Below are positions 1 to 12,794 of a stretch of DNA of 64,000 bases, one piece after another (position 1 is the first letter of the stretch; every line of letters begins with the position of its first letter). Origin of the DNA: Vicugna vicugna (taxonomy: Eukaryota); assembly GCA_013265495.1 (NCBI GenBank), contig MU058781.1, positions 4,031,050 to 4,095,049 of the forward strand, given 5' to 3'. The notes under the pieces are model-generated. The model was not told where the DNA came from and did no database searches. It saw only the letters and a program-made list of their open reading frames with translations. A program made the translations under genes and the position numbers.

Positions 1-183
1 TCATTTAGGGGGACTTGGATAGTCTGTGCGTAAATCGTGTAGTGGTCAGGTGAGCAAAGTTTCGCTTCTTTGGTCTCTGTAACTGGGACAGGGAGATTGC
101 TTCCCCGAATACCTTCTTTTGAAATGTATTCATGATCCTAGAATTTTATGTATCTTACTTTTATTATAATAATTTGAGGTCTG

Positions 184-879
184 ACTATGGAAAACAGTGT
201 GGAGATTCCTCAAAAGACTAGGAATAGACTTACCATATGACCCAGGAATCCCACTCCTGGGCTTGTATCCAGAAGGAAATCTACTTCAGGATGACACCTG
301 CACTCCAATGTTCATAGCAGCACTATTTACAATAGCCAAAACATGGAAACAGCCTAAATGTCCATCAATAGGTGACTGGATAAAGAAGATGTGGTATATT
401 TATACAATGGAATACTACTCAGCCATAAAAACCGACAACATAACGCCATTTGCAGCAACATGGATGCTCCTAGAGAATGTCATTCTAAGTGAAGTAAGCC
501 AGAAAGAGAAAGAAAAATACCTTATGAGATTGCTTATATGTGGAATCTAAAAAACAAAAACAAAAACAAACAAACAAACAAAAACAAAGTGTAAATACAG
601 GACAGAAATAGACTCATAGACAGAGAATACAGACTTGTGGTTGCCAGGGGGGCAGAGGGTGGGAAGGGATAGACTGGGATTTCAAAATTGTAGAATAAAT
701 AAACAAGATTATACTGTATAGCACAGGGAAATATACACAAAATGTTATGGTAGCTCACAAAGAAAAAAATGTGACAATGAGTGTGTATATGTCCATGAAT
801 GAATGAAAAATTGTGCTGAACACTGAAATTTGACACAACATTGTAAAATGATTATAAATCAATAAAAAATGTTAAAAAA
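184..879 (+). mobile_element. Young 5'-truncated LINE-1: ORF2 C-terminus, 3' UTR and A-tail
   Basis: ORF 197-550 (WRFLK..LPYDPGIPLLG..CTPMFIAALFTIAKTWKQPKCPS..WIKKMWYIYTMEYYSAIK) is the L1 ORF2 C-terminus. AATAAA lies at 861-866. A perfect 16-bp TSD, AATAATTTGAGGTCTG, is at 168-183 and 880-895. Confidence 0.97.
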
Positions 880-2129
880 AATAATTTGAGGTCTGGGTAC
901 TGATTGGAGAGATTCAAAGAAGTGTCCTTCTTTTGGTGAGATGTGTAAATTCTGTCAAGATTGATTACATTTTATAAGGTGCAGAAAACCTATGTTAATT
1001 TAAAAATCAGGAAAAAAAAAAACTACCAGTTATCCACCCAGCCCGTCTTGGCACATTTAGGCAGATAATACCATGGATGCTGGAGCCCAAGCAACAAATT
1101 ATATTAAACAAATCATGCTATGTTCATCTCCATTGGAATCATGTTAGGAAATGAAACTCAACAGCTGCCAAATGTACTAAATGATCAAATCAGAAGGAAG
1201 TGAATGTCTTTTTGAAGCTCGCCAAAAGGATTTACAACTGAAATGTTAAAAAATAGTGAGATAATATGCATTTGATGGTGACCTTAGAAACATCTTAAAT
1301 ATCTTTTGAAGACATCTTCCTTTCAGCTTTCACAAAAGCCTTTGTTTCTTCAAGTATATCTGATAGTATGAAGCATTTTGTACAGTAGAGAGAAGCTGAA
1401 GTCTTTTGCTCATATTAAAAAAAAAAGATACGGCATCCGATTTAGTCTTTCTGTAATGAAATGAAACCTGACCCAACACTTCATAATAAAAGAGCAGTTG
1501 AACCGGATCAGATGACCCACCTCTGAGAAATGCACAAGTCATCATTTTGATAATTTCTTCTTCCTGAAACATCAGCAGAAGTGAGTCTTTTGGAAAATTA
1601 ACTCTATGTTAAGAATCTTTTATCTTTAGATTTCTTCCTGACAATTATTCATTTTTAAGATCAACCAGAGTTGTAAAATCTATATACACTGAGATCTAAC
1701 CATCTCTTTTCTTCCCTTTGACTCTGATGCCTGGGGTAATGGTCAGGCCAAAAACAATTAAGTGGAATGTAGGTCATTTCACCAGGTGATAAATTTACCC
1801 ATTCCTCTGGGTCCTCACTCTGAAGTTTCCGAGGCTAGCACTACGGCCGGTGCTATTTTGAGCAGAGATGAAAGAAAAGAATCTTCAAAGAATATGACTG
1901 CACAACGCACGTTTATAGAGCACGTGACAGAGGGGCCTGCAGGAAGGGGTTCTTGGCTTCAAGGGAAGCCTGCTGTCCCAGAAGCAGCCAGGAAACTTAG
2001 AGGCTACATCTGGCAACACGTTTCTTTTAAATAGAGGGAGGAGAAATGTGGAATGGAAGACCTGGTTGGAAGATTTTGGCTGTTCTGGGGGCTCACTGGA
2101 CTGGGAGTCAAGCGCCCTGTCAGACCCCT

Positions 2130-2192
2130 AAACAGCTGTGTCTGCTGAGCACTTCACTTCTCTGGGCCTCAGTTTCCTTTTCTGCAAATGAC
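2130..2192 (+). mobile_element. MIR fragment
   Basis: MIR core-like CTCTGGGCCTCAGTTTCCTTTTCTGCAAATG. Confidence 0.6.
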
Positions 2193-2311
2193 AGCGTGAG
2201 TTGATTTTTCAAGTCCGCGAAACATCTTGATGGTCTGAGAATCTGGTGTTATTAGTCTACCCCTTTCTATTATGTATTTTTTCAACTGCATCATCTTGTC
2301 TTCTTTCCTAG

Positions 2312-2736
2312 TGCAACAGGCAGAAAAATGCCCCCCCATCAATAGCTCCCTGCATCCTAATCCGTGGAACCTGTGAGTATGTTTCCTTCCATGGCAAAAG
2401 GACTCTACAGATATAATTAATCTCCATGGGGAGGTTACCCTGGATTTTTCTGGTCCAATGTAATCACAGTAGTCCTTAGAAGAGGGAGGCATAAGTGTCA
2501 GGGTGAGAGAAAGAGAAAGAGATATTTGAAGATGCTATCTTTCTCACTCTGAAGGTGAAGGTGAGCCAGGGGATGCAGGCGGCTTCTGATCTAGAAAAGG
2601 CAAGAAAATAGATTCTCCCCCCTAGCGTATTCGAAAGGAAGCTCTGCCAACCCCCTTTAGACTTCAGACTTATAGAGCAATAAAATAAGTTTATGTTGTT
2701 TTAAGCCATTGAGTTTGTAGGAATTTGTTACAGATA
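2312..2736 (+). mobile_element. MaLR solo LTR (MLT1D-like)
   Basis: Contains CCTAATCCGTGGAACCTGTGAGTATGTT..CATGGCAAAAGGACT and ends TGTTGTTTTAAGCCATTGAGTTTGTAGGAATTTGTTACAG, typical of MLT1. Confidence 0.85.
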
Positions 2737-4169
2737 CCCTTGACCGTCAGATCTTCGGGGTCTGGATCCTCCCTCTGGTGCTGTGGTTAAGTAACACAGT
2801 AGCAGCTGGCCAGTCAGAGCCCATCCGTCCCTAAGGGAATGTCTTTTATTCACAGGAGAGACAGGAAACCATCACAATGGATGAACATTGGGCAATGGAG
2901 GGGAGTGAATCTGTTGGGCAACACTCAGCCAAAGACATCCTTTGCTCACCTGAAGCTGTGGAAGTCTATACACATCCCTTCTCTGCAGAACCAGTAGGTC
3001 TTCAGCAGAGGTAGCATGGTCTTCGGATCAAACCTTGCTTGGATGTGCACAGTACAAATTAGAACAGAGACAGCAAAGAATCAGCTCACCTTTGAGATGG
3101 CAAAGGTGCTGTGGCTGCAACAGGAAATTTACTCTAAGGGATGAATTTCCGAAACTGTAGACAGAGACAGACTCAAGCTGCCAGACAAACAGACAGACAA
3201 GGTCTCTGATTATTGCCTGTTGATTGATAGCGCTTCTGGGTCATGAAAGGCAAGGGTGGGATGTGGCTGTGTTCATCTGAGTTGGTCTGAGACACCCAAA
3301 CAGAGACCCAAGGAGAACTCTAGCCAAGGTACTCTTGAGACCCACATGACATAGTGTGTTCATTGACTGAACAGTCAGTGCATCTAGTATGGCTGTCAAA
3401 GAGACATTCAGTCGTGCTACCGAGGAACTGCCATTGTGGTGGCATTCACAGATCTTGCCATCAGAGGATCCCTCCAGCTCCAGCTCTGATAAAGAAGCTT
3501 TAACCCTCATTATGTCCTGCGTTGCCACCATATCCTAAAGAGCATGCCCTAGACGGAGAAGTCCCACCCGGAGAATTTGGAGTGCCCAGAGTGGGAGCAG
3601 TCAGCTGTTGAAGGTGACGCTTGGAAAAGTGTATTGGGGAGAAGCAGAGAATCCTGGAAATATTAATTGATATTGAATCAGTGTTTGAAAGCCCTTAGTG
3701 AAAGGATTTCATACAGGAACTTAGACTTGTTACTCAAAGTCGTGGCTAAGACGACGTTTTCAGAGCAGAACACCTGCCAAGAGGCAAGGATTGTGTGTGA
3801 CGCTCTGGATGGTTCACAGCGCCACTCTGATCTTCTCTAAGATGACCGGAAGAGGAACATCAGAATCGCCTCTAAATTCTGTAGATTCCACTGCCTGTAC
3901 ATTTCACACAGTGAATTTCATCGTCTGGTTAACAGAGGCCTTCCGTGGGCTTCATGAAGTGCTAAGTGACAACACTCCTTCTGTGCTTTTATTTAGGAAG
4001 TACTTTTTATTTATACTAATAAATGTTGGCAGCTGAATTATGGGTGGTACTGGCCATCAGACTCAGTGTCTTATGCTCCGAGCGGAGGATGGTATGTGTA
4101 CAGCGTTCTCAGGGAGGAACATCATGTGGCGATGAAGCCCAAAAGCCTGGGACGCCGAGAACTTGGTTG

Positions 4170-4385
4170 CCTACATCGTTTCTGCCACTTCACAGCTCTG
4201 TAATGAGAGCCAGCTGCTGTGCCCCTCCAGGCTTCAGTTTTCTCATTCTTAATGTGGAGATTAAACTAGTACCCATCTCTAGGATGCTTATGAAGAAAAA
4301 GCAAGTGCTCGATGCAAACAAAAGGTGAAGCAAAGTAAGTGCCCAGCACAGAATCTGCATTGCGTGGATCTTCATTATCACTCAT
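4170..4385 (+). mobile_element. MIR
   Basis: Core GCTTCAGTTTTCTCATTCTTAATGTGGAGAT..TACCCATCTCTAGGATG with a 3' GTGCCCAGCACAGAA. Confidence 0.7.
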
Positions 4386-5604
4386 AATTAGTCTCGACAT
4401 GGATTATTTCTGCCTGTGAGTGCAACACGTGATAAACAGAGAGCCGGAAGAAGTTGTGAGTTCAAAGTCATACCCAAGAGCAGCTGTTTGGTGGAAGAGT
4501 TGAACATGGTAGCGAAGCCCTTGCTCCCACCTACTCAGAAGTCTGGAGCACCTGCCCTTCTGGTTTCATGGTTTGGCATCTTTTAGCAAGTTCTCTGGCA
4601 AGAGCTGCCCCATTTTGCTGTAGAGGATTAAATTACCTTCCCATCCACTGCAGGGCCAGAGCATGCCCTGGGAACAATGGGGTGATTAAATATGGAAAAT
4701 CTAGGACTGAAGAGAAATATTTCTCTTTTTCTTTCTCACCAGTGAGAAGGCAGAGCAGGTGTCTTCCAAAGGCGGAGGGAAACTCATGGCAACTCTCTGC
4801 TGACAGTATCAACAGTTCCTCAGGGGTCCTGAGGCACAGCCATCACCACCTCCCAAGGCAAATGCTGCCCTTTCACAGACCCGAGGAGTGCAAAGGAGGC
4901 GAGGACAGGATATGCCCCAGGCTTGGAGAAGGGGTCCAGCTCCCTGAGGGACAGAACACAGCTTACTATCACCTGTCCCCAATCATATATGGCACAGGAC
5001 CTATCCTGGGCTCACAGAAGTGAACGCCAGTCTTCCCCTCTTCAGTGCACTCCGGGAGTGCTGTCCAGTGGAGGAAGCCCGCCCTCTGTTTCCCAGTCCC
5101 TCCTGGCAGTGGAGCCTCAACGATGACCTCACTGCCAGGTGGGGGGGTGCCAGAGGGAAAATCGTGACAACTCTGTGGGGCAAGATGGGCTGCCTTCACT
5201 TCCTAGAGAAGACTTTGTTTCTTCCTTGATGACTTCTCTGAAAGGTGGTGCTCTCCATTTGCTAGAAAGCCGTCGTGTTTGGCCAAGGCATAGGAACTTT
5301 AATTTGAGTTTATTTTATCTCTGCAGGGCTAATGTGCTTGACGGGGGTGAGGCAGGTGCAGCAGAACCAGCATCAGCCCAGCTGGCCCAGCGGGGTTCTG
5401 GCTGCCCCCAGCGTCTGCTCCCAGCATCGCCCCATATGCTCTGCTGTAGTCAGAAGAACTTCTTTCATTTCAGTAACTCTTAGAACTCACCAAGCAGACT
5501 TGTAATTCTGCCTTTCCTTAGTTCACAGGAAAGGGAAAGCTAATAGTTACTGATAGTCTATGACATCTCATCCATGCCAGGTACGTGCACCAAAAGTAAG
5601 AGTG

Positions 5605-6030
5605 GCTGATGATTATTGAGTACTTACCTCATGCCAAGTGCTATTTTAAATATTTCACACGGTATTTTTTTTTAACTTATTTCTCACTACAATCCTATGA
5701 AGAATTGTAAGTATCACTATCTCCCTTTTATAGGTGAGAAAAGTGAGGCATTTAGGGGTTGAATAACTTGTCCGAGATCACCCAGCGAGAAGGTGTCCAA
5801 GTTCAGTTCAAACCCAGCTGTCTGAAGACAATGCTCTTTCTCTTCATTCTTACATAATGCATCCTTTGCTGAATTCCAAAGAAGCCTAGGGACAAACTTG
5901 CTATATAGGAATCATTCATCACATCTCACAGATGAAGATGTAAGTCTCAGAGAGGATAGTGAATTTTTCCTCACTGAGAATGTGGGTGAAAATCTAACCC
6001 AAGACCTCCATTCTCTCATGAGTCAGGAAT
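5605..6030 (-). mobile_element. Two adjacent MIR copies, antisense
   Basis: TATTGAGTACTTAC..TGCCAAGTGCT, TTTTATAGGTGAGAAAAGTGAGGC..AACTTGTCCGAGATCACCCAGC, and a second core CACAGATGAAGATGTAAGTCTCAGAGAGG. Confidence 0.75.
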
Positions 6031-6339
6031 TGAGTCATTTTGCCCTTCCATCAGCTTGCCATGAGATACGTCTTCTTATCTCAAATGTGGTTTCAGACCA
6101 TGGAATAATGGTGGTGCAGTGGCTTCTAGAAGAGACCGTGAACCTTGGAATTATTTAGATCTCAGATCTGTATACCATGAATCTATGGAAGGCACAGGGG
6201 TTACCCAGTTCCTGCCTCCACTTGCTGCCACTACCGTAGTGACTGCAGACATGAAATATTTGTACTTTGTTTCTAGAGTCCCTTCTCTCTGGAGATGGTC
6301 ATGTGAAGCAGTTTGAGTCCATAGACAAGTCCAGGTCCA

Positions 6340-6655
6340 TCTACTGGGGGTTTCTAGGAACGGTTTATAAGAGAAACTGATGCAATGGGCACCACCACGT
6401 CCTCCTTTGTTCTCTCTTAAACCCAAATGTGATGCCCGGAGTTTCAGCAGCCATATTGTGAGTATGAGGCTGTAAGCAGGAAATGGCAAAGAGGAAAGCT
6501 AGAAAGAGCATGGTTGAGCTTTCATACCAGCTTTGGACTGCCTGTTTCCAGACTTACTGTGCGAGAATAACAAACTCCCCTTGCCCCTTCTTTTTTGAAA
6601 AGCCACTCAGTGTCAGAGTTTCTTTTATTTTGTGAATGATATAAGGTCTAAACAC
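6340..6655 (+). mobile_element. Old MLT1-type LTR fragment
   Basis: GCAGCCATATTGTGAGTATGAGG..ACCAGCTTTGGACTGCCTGTTTCCAGACTT..AAGCCACT resembles the 3' half of old MLT1 LTRs. Confidence 0.6.
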
Positions 6656-7489
6656 ATAGACTAGTTCCAGAAACCCTGAATCCTTATGTCTGTTGGGGTA
6701 AGCTCGGTTCCACACTGTCTCCTAACTTACTCTTCCTCCTCCCTTCTGCCCAACACAGCATCACACTCAGAGGAACTCATCTCTTCTTCCTCCCTCCAGG
6801 TGCCCTGAAAAATTGGAATACTTTGTCTCCTGCTGACAATATGGGAGGCCTGCATGGAGGGTAGCCTCAACCTTATATTTTATTCTCTGAGCAGGAAAAC
6901 TGAGTTTTTTTTTTCCTAGTTGAAGATTTAAACTGAGCATTCTGTCCTCATGCAGCAATAGCAAGAGACTCTAAATTCCACACTTGGGGCTGTGTAGATT
7001 GCCCTGGAATTAGAGGGGATTTTCCCCAAGCGGGTCATGCATTTGTCTGTTCAGTATGTAACAAGCCAGCTGCTGACATGGAAGTGTGATCTTTTATTGT
7101 TCATTTCCCCGGCCAAGGATGGCCAGGGCCTCCCGCTCTTTCTTAATGTGGTGGAGCAATTATCTTGATTAGTTAAAAAAAAATCATGATGTTTTCATGA
7201 ATTGTATTTTTATTCTACTTGAAACAAATTACTGTAAATTATTCTTTTGGAATCAAATTTAGTTTATTATTTTCAGCTAGGTGGCCTGGACCTCAATATG
7301 CAGATTCAAGTGAAGTAGTGTAATTCAAAGAGTTTTTGTATCAAACACATACTCATGCACTCACACACTCAGTGCAGGCATGCAGACCAGGCTAATAATT
7401 TCAACTAGTTTCAGAAGTGTGCCTGGATTCATGAAAGACATGAAAGTGATACTTGACAAAAGTCTTTAGAAGAGGCCTGTGGGGCAGGA

Positions 7490-7662
7490 GAGAGACTGAG
7501 CTGGGAGGCAGGCAGCTGGGGCCTGATTTTTGCTTCTGCCACCATCCAACTGGGTGGCCTTGAGTAGGTCATTGAGTCTGGACCCGAATTCCCTTACCTG
7601 AAACACCGGAAGTTGAAGAGTATATTCCTTAGGTCATTAGGGCTCTGACACTCTGTGACTCC
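7490..7662 (+). mobile_element. MIR/MIR3
   Basis: TCTGCCACCATCCAACTGGGTGGCCTTGAGTAGGTCA..GGCTCTGACACTCTGTGACTC. Confidence 0.6.
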
Positions 7663-7809
7663 AGTGCCCTCCAAGAGTGACACTTTTTCTTAGATTTTAA
7701 AAAAAATCGTTTCAAAAGCACTGCCTTTCCATTTAATGAAAAATAATCTCCTTGCTTCACATTTGTTGCAAAAATGCCTTCAGCATGTTCTATAGGCATA
7801 ATTTTTAAA

Positions 7810-8440
7810 ATTACATGAAGAAAGGTAAAAGACTTAGTTTATAACTTTATGGATGGGGAGGCCCCTGAAAGAGGCACAGAAAACCCAACCGAAAAGGCAA
7901 CATTCACAAATTTAACAATATCAAAATGAAAGCTTCTGCGTAAGGGGACATGATGTATAGACTGGGGGACTCTATGTGCATATATGAAACAGACAAAAGA
8001 TTGTAGCCAGAGTCTCTGTGTGTGTTGACACCCACAAATCCATTTATGTTTCAGGGTTCACCTTGTGGATCCATTCTCTCAGGGATCAACAGTTTTGTCC
8101 TGCCTGTTTCTCAATGTCTGAAAGCAGTTTTAATTCTATCAAGGCTGGAAGGTGAAGTCTTCTCAAGTTAATAAAACCTCAGTTTCCTCAAGTGTAGAGA
8201 AGAGGGCAAAATACATGTCAGTTCACAAAAGAGGAAGTAAACATGGCTAGTAAGCATAAGAAATATGCTCCAATCATTCTTAATCAGGGACCTTGAGGTC
8301 AAAACTAAAAGAGCACACGTTTCATAAGGAGGTGGTGAATTTAAAGAGAAATAGAAATAAACACCATGCAGGTTGTATGGTTGTACTGCCACTTTGGAGG
8401 GTAATTTGTTAGTTCTAGAAATTTAAATCTTCATATGCAT
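7810..8440 (+). mobile_element. Degraded old L1 (L1ME-like) ORF2 3' fragments
   Basis: A-rich ORF2 remnants (TATCAAAATGAAAGCTTCTG; GTTCACAAAAGAGGAAGTAAACATGGCTAGTAAGCAT; GCCACTTTGGAGGGTAATTTG), interrupted at about 8020-8190. Confidence 0.65.
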
Positions 8441-11400
8441 TTCTTTTTCTTTAGCACTTTGCTTTCTCTATGCTTTAAATGCACAGATTTGGGTTAATGA
8501 TACTCTTGTTTACGGCTCGCTTTCAATATTGGTTCCATGTATGTCCTCATTCATTCATTCATACATTTATTCATGTTTACTTAATAAGTACATGGGAACT
8601 TATCATCCAGTATAAAACTAGGACCTTGACAATGACTTTTATTGTGCCATTTCCCCCAGGACAGCACATCTCTCTTCTTCAATCCAAGGAAAGGACATTT
8701 GTGATCCTGTGTTCCCAATTTTATTCTTTTAATGTTTATATAGTTTCATCTCATCTATTTGAATTTCTAAAAGGAATGTTTTAAAATTTTAGTGTTTTAA
8801 AACTTTATGTAAAAAGGCACAACACATTTTTTTTTAAGTATAGAAAGAAAAGAAAAGGCCTTTTCCAGGAAGCACTAACTCACAACCAAGATCAGGACAA
8901 GCCCGGAGAGAATCTGGCTTCATGGCTATGTATTTAAAGAACTGCTTTCCAAATATTTTAGGAAGCCACTGTGGGAGATTTTTAAATTAGTAGAAAGGAA
9001 AGGAACTCATGCCTCAGTGAAATTTTTATTAATTGCGAATTACTGTTGAGAATTTGGAAGCGCTTATGTGAGATTTTGAATGGCAGAAAATTTTGAAACA
9101 TTCACACGAGGGCCCCCTTAGAAAGTTTGAAAAGGCTTGAAAAGACATGTTAAAAATAATTTTTTTTTAAGTGAGGTAAAGAGAGCGAGAAAGGGTAATT
9201 ACCAGATGAGGAGGCTTTTTATATGGCGGGGTGATAAAACAGGCTGGTGATTAACCTGGCAGGTAGAGAGGAGACCCGTGGATGGTAATTGGGGAAATGA
9301 ATGCTCAAGATGGTAATTCCTCCCCTTCTTCCATTCTTCAGAGGAAATAAATGCTTTATTGAAGCAGTTCCATGAGAATCTTTACAATTTCTTGGAAGAG
9401 CTGGCGATTCGAGAGGCTTCTGTGACTCCAAAACAGTTATTTAAATCATTTCCTAGGAAAGACATTTGGAAGAAGATTTAAAGAACTAATGCCCATTTAG
9501 CTATAAGCGTGGAAAGTGATCAGGGCTGGAGTAGGTATTTGCCAGCCGCACAGTGCTTTCCGTAGCTTTAAAAGCAATGTCACATCTTGGCAGATGGGAG
9601 AGCTAACTTTCATCGTGGCAAATTAGGAACCACCTCCATTCCAGGTTGAATATCACCATGTAATTCTAGGAAGGCTGCAAAAGATATAATATTGTATGTC
9701 AGGGCTTAACAGTACGGGGGAAAACCAAGGGAAACAAAGCTCAGAGACCTATGCTTCCCATCCTGAAGGATTTGTAGTTGAAGAGAGACAGACTTGATTT
9801 ACTAACGGTTCAGCGGAAAATGCTTTGAGTCTAACAACTTTCTGTTTCCGCAATGTACATCAGGAGATAATTGGAACTTGTGGTGGTGAGGGACAGAGCA
9901 TCTTCCTAGTACAGGACCTTAGCACAGGGAACCCACAATACATACAGAAGAAACCAAGCAGTCTGGAAAAGAGTAACATAAGCCATTGCTGGACCAGATT
10001 TATGTGATTTTCTTCGAGATGTTAAATAATTGTGATTTCACAAGATCATTGGCTTAGGTCGCTGTGCTTTCACTTGGGATACAGAAAATGGCGTATCATG
10101 GATTTTCTTTTTCCAAATGCTACCTGAATTATGGGCATTTGTAATTTGGCTTAGCTTTTAGAGAGCCTATTCCGAATTTATAAATAAAACAACTGTATGC
10201 TTAGTCAGCTTTTCTTTTAGTATTAAGTGCACATTGTCAGATTCTTTTAGTATTTAGTGCATGTCTAGATGCCTTTCCTTTTTACATCAGCCTTCCCTTG
10301 CTTAATTCTTTCAGGGACATCTTATTCTCGTGTGCGTGTATGACATCATGCCCACTTGGAGAGTGATGAATTGGGTGTCACTTTAAAGCAGTCACAATGT
10401 ATCATGTTAGTAGTTTGCATTAAGTTGCCAGTTAATTAAATAACCTCTGTCTTTTACTGCAAAAAATCTTGAGCTTTATTAAGTTAGAAAATTTACAACC
10501 AATAGCATAATCAATAAAACATTAACAAACATGTCACCCTGACAAACCTTTTGCATTGATTTTCACATTCTTATATAGCCTGCCCGTAGCCTGAAATAAA
10601 AACACTACCACTGTAATGGGTCTAGTACCATTAGCCGAATATACCATTCCACAGGGCAGAATGAAACTTCCTGAATTGCTGTTGGTTCCAATTATTTGGA
10701 AATGTCTACTTATAGAAGCTCTGGAAACGGCTTCACTGCTGAATGAGTTTAACTCCAGAGTTCACCAGTGAAAGACAGAACTCATAGCAGGGGCGACATT
10801 TGAATCTTCATTCAAGGTGACTGCGGATCGAAGGAAGAACTCAAGCAATTTTCTTGCTATTCCAAATGGCAACTTCAGATTTGGTTTAGATGTCTGAATT
10901 TTTCAGGAGCCTAGCTGTATTTTCAGTCTGCAGTATCCAAATGACAGCGTTCCCTCCTTATGTGTACGTATGGAGCGGGCCACTTTATGGGCTAAGTGTC
11001 AGGGAGTTGGAATGGAAGAGATACTAGAAATAGGTAACTGAGCAAGTTACTTCTCCTGCATGGTCCGTGAGAGCTACAAACGTATTCCCAAACATGCGCA
11101 AAGGGAAGCCTACCGCGCTCTGTGCAAAGGGAATATGCAGCCCCGATTTGCAATTCTGAGATCGGAAGCTGCCTGAGTTGGCTTAGGAAAGGATTCTGTC
11201 TCTTAGCTTCCTCGTATAATTTTTCAAATAAACGGGGTGCCATGTGGAGGTGATGCTGGCTTCCCTGCAAGGAGGAGGACCCACGAGTGGGTGATTAGGT
11301 GCCTCACATGGACACACAAGAAGCTGTATTGTAAGATGCTCTCCTCAGCCCTGATCCTGTAAATGCCTCACAGGGCAGAAGGACTCACCCTGGCAAGGAG

Positions 11401-12349
11401 CAGAAGTAATGTGCGCTTCCAGCAGTTTCGTTTCCCATTTGGAGAAAACCCCTTTAGGCGGATGGGGAGGGACCCATACAGTTGAAGGCTGTACGTAACT
11501 TACTTGATGAATTCTAAAGTTGAATCCTAAAATTCGACTCTCCCAAAGTCATAAATGCATTCATTCTTTCATTCATTCAGTCACTCAACAAAACGCAAAC
11601 CAGTCCCCTACGGCAGGCCAATCCCTGCCCTTACATCATGACTCATCACTTTATATAAATATATATCCAAGCCCTCACCCCATCTGAGGACCTAAGTTGG
11701 TAACAAGGAAATACAGTTCTTTCAGCTTTTTGGAGCCGCGGTGAGGTATGTGGCAGTGATGGTAGCAATCCGCTGGGCTGAGTCTGGAGAAGCAGGGCTG
11801 GGAGCCGCCAGCAGGGCTGGACCATCACTCCGGGAGAGGTGGTCGCCTCTTTTTAAAACCACCTCCTTGTGCCCCTTGGAGGATGCTCTTATAAAAGGCT
11901 GTCCTGAGAAACTAATTATCCTGTGCCTGAGGCCACCCGTCTTTTCTGTGCCCTCTGGGGAATAGTTATTTGTTAGATGACTGTTAGTGACTGTGGCAAG
12001 AAAGAAAACAACAGATGGAACTTTGTAGAGTCAAACAACTCTGTAGGCCCACTTTGCCTTAATCTTTAATCTAGAGAGCATTCCTGTTAGGGCTTGGCGC
12101 TGCTTCCTCAACCTCGCTTCCCACTTTCAAAAAGCAGAAATGCTGAGAACCTTAACAGCTACGGTTTTTGAGCTGGAGATCTTTAGTAATTCATAATTTC
12201 TTGAGTTGAAAATTAGAAGGCAAGGGGCTTCTATTCAAGCCAGAGCCATTAGAGAAAGTCCTGGAACACAAACTTCCCAGAAAACAGAAATGAGACAAAA
12301 GCTACATTTGTTTTGTGTCACTCATGGATTGTAGTTTCAATTCAAACAG

Positions 12350-12789
12350 TCTTAGGATGAATGGTGCCCCACCCCCAAATATCTCCATGTCCCAATTCCG
12401 TTATCTGTAAATGTGACCTTAATCTGAAAAAAGGGGCTTTGCAAATATAACTAAACTGAGGATCTCGCGATGGGACTATCCTGGATCACCCAGGCATGCC
12501 CTAAACCCAATTCCAGGTGTCTCTGTGTGACAGAGAGGAGAGAAGTCCGTGTGGAGATGGAGGCAGTGATTGGAGCGATGTGGCCACAAGCCAAGGCACA
12601 CGTGGGGCCTCCAGAAGCCAGGAGAGGCCAGGATGAAATCTCCTCTAGGGACTTCAGAGGGAGCAGGGCCCCGCTGACATCTTGATTTTGGCCTTCTGGC
12701 CTCCAGGAAGGTGAAAGATTAAATTTCTGTTGTTTCAAACCACCGAGGTTTGTGGTCATTTGTTTCAGTAGCCCGGGCAAAGTAAGACG
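12350..12789 (+). mobile_element. MaLR solo LTR (MLT1B/C-like)
   Basis: TGAATGGTGCCCC..TGTAAATGTGACCTTA..GGAGGCAGTGATTGGAGCGATGTGGCCACAAGCCAAGG..TTCTGGCCTCCAG..AAATTTCTGTTGTTTCAAACCACC. Confidence 0.92.
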
Positions 12790-12794
12790 TATGC

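Noticed and set aside
197..550. 117-aa ORF as a host gene
   Set aside because: It is the LINE-1 ORF2 C-terminus inside a TSD-flanked truncated insertion and lacks a true ATG start.
1025..1700. Processed pseudogene or transposase remnant
   Set aside because: The frames I examined give no recognisable protein, and I found no TIRs, tail or TSD.
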